From NCBI GenBank assembly GCA_963716745.1, contig OY970320.1, positions 1,952,001 through 2,016,000 of the forward strand: DNA of 64,000 nt, written 5' to 3'. Both the position numbers and the translations under genes were made by a program. Every line of letters begins with the position of its first letter. Within the stretch, counting starts at the first letter, position 1. The stretch comes from an uncultured Gemmatimonadaceae bacterium. GTDB taxonomy: Bacteria; Gemmatimonadota; Gemmatimonadetes; Gemmatimonadales; Gemmatimonadaceae. This document shows, in pieces, positions 60,257 through 64,000 of the stretch. The notes below the pieces were generated by a model. That model was not told the origin of the DNA. It searched no databases and saw only the letters and a program-made list of their open reading frames with translations.

Positions 60257-61486
60257 TGTCACTGCCGGCGATCCACGCGACGGGCGTCTCGAAGAAGTAC
60301 GCGCTGGGCGGGCGCGTGCCGTACCTCACGCTGCGCGAGACGATCATGGCGGCGGCGCGGTTCAAGCGCCGCGCGCGGCGCGATGGCGCGCAGGAACATT
60401 GGGCGCTCAGAGACGTGAATTTCGAGGTCCAGCGCGGCGAGGTGGTGGGCATCATCGGGCGCAACGGCGCGGGAAAGAGCACGCTGCTCAAAGTGTTGTC
60501 GCGCATCACCGATCCGACCACGGGCCGCGTCGAGATCCGGGGGCGCGTCGCGTCATTGCTCGAGGTGGGCACCGGATTCCATCCGGAGCTCACCGGCCGC
60601 GAGAACGTCTCATTGAACGGCGCGATCCTCGGGCATGCGGCGCGCCGAGATCGCGCGGAAGTTCGACGAGATCGTGGCGTTCGCCGAAGTCGAGAAGTTC
60701 ATCGACACGCCGGTGAAGTACTACTCGAGCGGCATGTACCTGCGGCTCGCGTTCGCGGTCGCGGCGCATTTCGAATCCGAGATCCTGATCGTGGACGAGG
60801 TGCTCGCCGTGGGCGACCAGGCGTTCCAGCAGCGCTGCCTCGGCAAGATGGGCGAGGCCGCCAACTCCGGGCGCACGGTGCTGCTGGTGAGTCACAACAT
60901 GGCGGCGGTGGAGAGTCTGTGTGAGCGCGCCATGCTCCTGTCGGGCGGCACGATCGTGGCGGAGGGCCGCGTCGATGAGGTCGTGCGAAAATACGCGACG
61001 CGCGGCACCTCGGTGCTGGACGAGTCGCTCGCCGATCGCAGCGACCGGCGCGGGACCGGCGCTTTGCGCTTCGAGTCGCTGCGGATGTACGTGGAGGGCG
61101 GCGACGCGGATGGGTTGTTCTCGGGCTGCAATGCGGTCGTGCGGCTCGGCTATCGCGCGAATACGCCGGCGAGCCAACTGCACATCGCGATCTCCTTCCT
61201 GGATCAGCACGACCGAATGCTGTTCGCATGCGACAACACGCATGCGGGCGGCGCGCTGACCGTCGGAGATTCGGGGATCATCGAGTGTGCGATCCCGGAT
61301 CTCCCGCTCTCGCCGGGGAATTATCGCGTGAACCTGTGGGCGTACATCGCGGGCTCGGTCGCCGATCACGTGCAGCATGCGGCGGAATTCACCGTGTCGC
61401 CCGCCGACTTCTTCGGCACGGGGAAATTGCCCGACCATCCGAAGTTCGGCCCGTTCCTGGTCAGGCACCGGTGGACGAATGGGTGA
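60256..61486 (+). CDS. wzt: Polysaccharide ABC transporter ATPase (Wzt) with C-terminal domain; frameshift near 60631
   Basis: [22 protein letters not shown], then [21 protein letters not shown] in a shifted frame. Confidence 0.9.
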
Positions 61487-62202
61487 TCCGCCGGTGGGCA
61501 CGGACTATTTCATCAAGCCCGGCTATCGGCCGAACGAGGTTCGCGGCCCATCGGTCGACACGGAATATTGGAATGCGCGGCGCATCCAGCGCAGCGGATA
61601 CTTCCAGTACGGCACGTATCGCATCGCGCGCCGGCTGCTGCGCGGAGTGCAGGCCGCGCGGGTGCTCGACCTCGGGTGCGGCACCGGTGTGAAGGCGGCC
61701 GAGCTGCTGATCCCGCATTGCGCCTACTACTGCGGCCTGGACCAGCGCTCGGCGGTGGACTATTGCCGGAAGACGATCGCCGCGAAGCACGCCGAGTTCA
61801 GGGTCGAGGATCTCGAATCACCGGTCTCGCGGTTCGATGCGCCGTTCGATGTGATCGTGTGCGCCGACGTGATCGAGCATCTCGCGCATCCGGAGCGGTT
61901 GTTGCGGTACGCGGCGGCGCTGCTCGCGGAGGGCGGCCGGTTGATCGTCTCGACGCCCGAGCGGGACGTCATGCACGGCCGCGACGTGCTCGTCTCTCCG
62001 AATCCGGAGCATGTGCGTGAGTGGAATCGCGCGGAACTCGGCGCGTTCATGCGCGCATGCGGATTGCGCGTGCTGGACCTGCGGCTCGCTCCGCAATTCC
62101 GCCTCGCGTTGACGGCCACCGGCTCTGAATCTCCTGAAGAACCAATTGAGCAATCCGCGGGCGTACTTGGGCTGCCAAGTGGCGCTCTGCGCGCGGTCAT
62201 GA
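61479..62202 (+). CDS. Class I SAM-dependent methyltransferase; frameshift near 62120
   Basis: VLDLGCGTG, FDVIVCADVIEHL, LIVSTP, HVREW. Confidence 0.85.
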
Positions 62203-63188
62203 CGCCCGACGCGGGGGCAGCCCGCTCGCGTTCCCCGCCATGTTCCGCGACCCGCGGAGTGGCGGCGCGCTCACACGGTCAGGCGATCATCTCGTTGGCG
62301 ATCGCGGAGAGATCGCGCGCTTCCTCTCGGGCATCTGGCGATTCGTGGATCCCGAGAAGAACTACGCGCGCAGCTTCGGCCTGCAATGGAATCACTGGCA
62401 CGACGTGTTGAGCGACGCGCGTCGCACCGACCGGGCGAAGTTCTCGATCTCGTCATGGAGCGCAGCCACTTCGATCGCTACGAGCTCGTCCGGGAAACGG
62501 ATCCTCGAATGCGGGATGGGGGGCGGCGACGATACCGAGGTGCTGCTGCAACTTCCGTTCGCGGAGATCTACAGTTTCGACCTGAGCACGTCGGTCGAAC
62601 GTGCGGCCGCCTATCTGTCGGATCGAACGGTTGACGATCTTCCAGGCGTCGATCCTCGAGATCCCCGTTCCCGACGAATCGTTCGACGTGGTCTACTGCC
62701 ACCGCGTGCTGCAGCACACGCCCGACCCGCTGGCGTCGCTGCGATCGATCATGAGGAAGGTCGCGCCGGGCGGGCTGCTGTTCGCGCACTGCTATCAGCG
62801 CTCACCGGAACGAATGAAGGACTTCAAGTACAAGTACCGGCCGCTCACGACGCGCATCCCGCCTGAATGGGTGCTCTGGTACGTCGAGACCATGGGACCC
62901 AGCCTTCGTGCGCTCTCGAAATTGCTCGATCGCGGCGGGAAACGGGCGCGGCGTTTCCGGGAGCACTGGGTCCCGCTTCGGTGCTATTATGCCTACGGTT
63001 CGCTCAGCGAGGCCGGGCTCGCCGAGTTGAGCGAACATGACACGTTCGATGCGCTGACGCCGAAGTACGATCTGCCGCTGACCCAGGATGAATTCTACGG
63101 CGAGATCGAGCGCGCCGGTTTTCGGATCGAGAACCGTCAGGATAACCTGCGAGGTCCTCTCTGGTGTACCGCTGTCCGCTCCCGCTGA
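62199..63188 (+). CDS. Class I SAM-dependent methyltransferase, several frameshifts
   Basis: YARSFGLQWN, ILECGMGGG, FDVVYCHRVLQHTPDP, DTFDALTPKYD. Confidence 0.75.
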
Positions 63189-63225
63189 CCGCCGATAGCA
63201 CGATCACGTCCGGCATGGGCAGCAC

Positions 63226-64000
63226 ATGTGCGGCATAGCGGGCATCTGGGCGGAAGCCCGCGGTGCGGCGGAATCAACGCGCCGCATGGTCGGCGTGCTC
63301 TCGAACCGCGGACCGGACGGGCATGACCTGAAGGTGCTGGACGATGGTCGCCTCGCGCTGGGCCAGGCGCGGCTGGCGATCATCGATCTCTCGCCCACCG
63401 GCGCACAGCCAATGATGCGCGGCGCCGATCTCTGCATCACGTACAACGGCGAGATCTACAACTACAAGGCGCTTCGCGGCGAACTCGAGGCGAAAGGGCA
63501 TCGGTTCGAGTCGACATCCGACACGGAAGTGATCCTCGCGGGATACCAGCAGTGGGGCGAGGCGATGCTCGATCGCCTCGATGGGATCTTCGCGTTCGCA
63601 CTCTGGGATGAGCAGCGCCGGCGCCTCTGGCTCGCGCGCGACCACCTCGGCGTGAAGCCGCTGTACTATCGGCGCGACGGAAGCACGTTCGCGTTCGCAT
63701 CCGAACCGCGCGCGCTGCTGGAGATCCTGGGCCGCGATCCATCGCCGGATCGCGGTGCGATCCATGACTATCTGTCGTACGGATACATAGGCGGCGCCCG
63801 GTCGGCGTTCGCGGGGATCGCGAAGCTGCCTGCCGGGCACTCGCTCGCATTCGAGAACAGGTCGGTATGCGTTCGTCGATTCTGGGATCCTGCGCAATTC
63901 GCCGGCGAGCGCTTCTGCGATGAGAACGAGGCAGTACTCGAGACGCGACGCGTGCTCGATGTATCGGCCGCCGCCCAGCTCGAGAGCGATGTGCCGGTGG
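63226..64000 (+). CDS. asnB: Asparagine synthase (glutamine-hydrolysing)-like amidotransferase, truncated by the window end
   Basis: MCGIAG N-terminus, RGPDG, RLAIIDLS, YNGEIYN, SDTEV, ARDHLGVKPLYY. Confidence 0.9.
   Translation, partial: MCGIAGIWAEARGAAESTRRMVGVLSNRGPDGHDLKVLDDGRLALGQARLAIIDLSPTGAQPMMRGADLCITYNGEIYNYKALRGELEAKGHRFESTSDTEVILAGYQQWGEAMLDRLDGIFAFALWDEQRRRLWLARDHLGVKPLYYRRDGSTFAFASEPRALLEILGRDPSPDRGAIHDYLSYGYIGGARSAFAGIAKLPAGHSLAFENRSVCVRRFWDPAQFAGERFCDENEAVLETRRVLDVSAAAQLESDVPV

Noticed and set aside
59497..60924. 475-aa ORF spanning wzm and wzt
   Set aside because: Out-of-frame shadow over wzm joined to the true wzt N-terminus, then lost at the 60631 frameshift

Overview
A GC-rich bacterial chromosomal window with about 60 genes. 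Gene content and style suggest Gemmatimonadota (inference, not verifiable here). No phage, integrase, transposase, rRNA or CRISPR array is visible. In order it holds: TPR proteins coupled to an S41 protease; queF; a tandem cupredoxin-like lipoprotein; tRNA-Phe; a sugar-salvage operon (Tat glycoside hydrolase, Na+/solute symporter, nucleotidyltransferase, anomeric kinase-like, GT-C); tsdA plus a Tat-exported DsrE-like gene; a lipoprotein truncated globin; an ABC exporter; a His/Cys-rich leader gene before a TonB-dependent receptor; a tetR gene bracketed by GTCAC-N6-GTGAC palindromes; a duplicated [HEAT-repeat + HD-GYP] module followed by an ECF sigma/anti-sigma pair; six tandem paralogous outer-membrane beta-barrel genes; KirBac, fabI, a PLP decarboxylase, cls, a pilin, ccdA/tlpA and a Fic protein; and the start of a polysaccharide cluster (epimerase, GTs, wzm/wzt, methyltransferases, asnB-like). 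The best candidates for undescribed systems are (1) the four-gene HEAT/HD-GYP module, whose members share one N-terminal domain and whose two HD-GYP domains have lost different metal ligands, and (2) the beta-barrel array with a variable Cys-pair loop. About eleven genes carry frameshifts, most probably long-read indel errors, so single-residue observations need read-level confirmation. All product calls come from motif recognition by eye; no database search was run.
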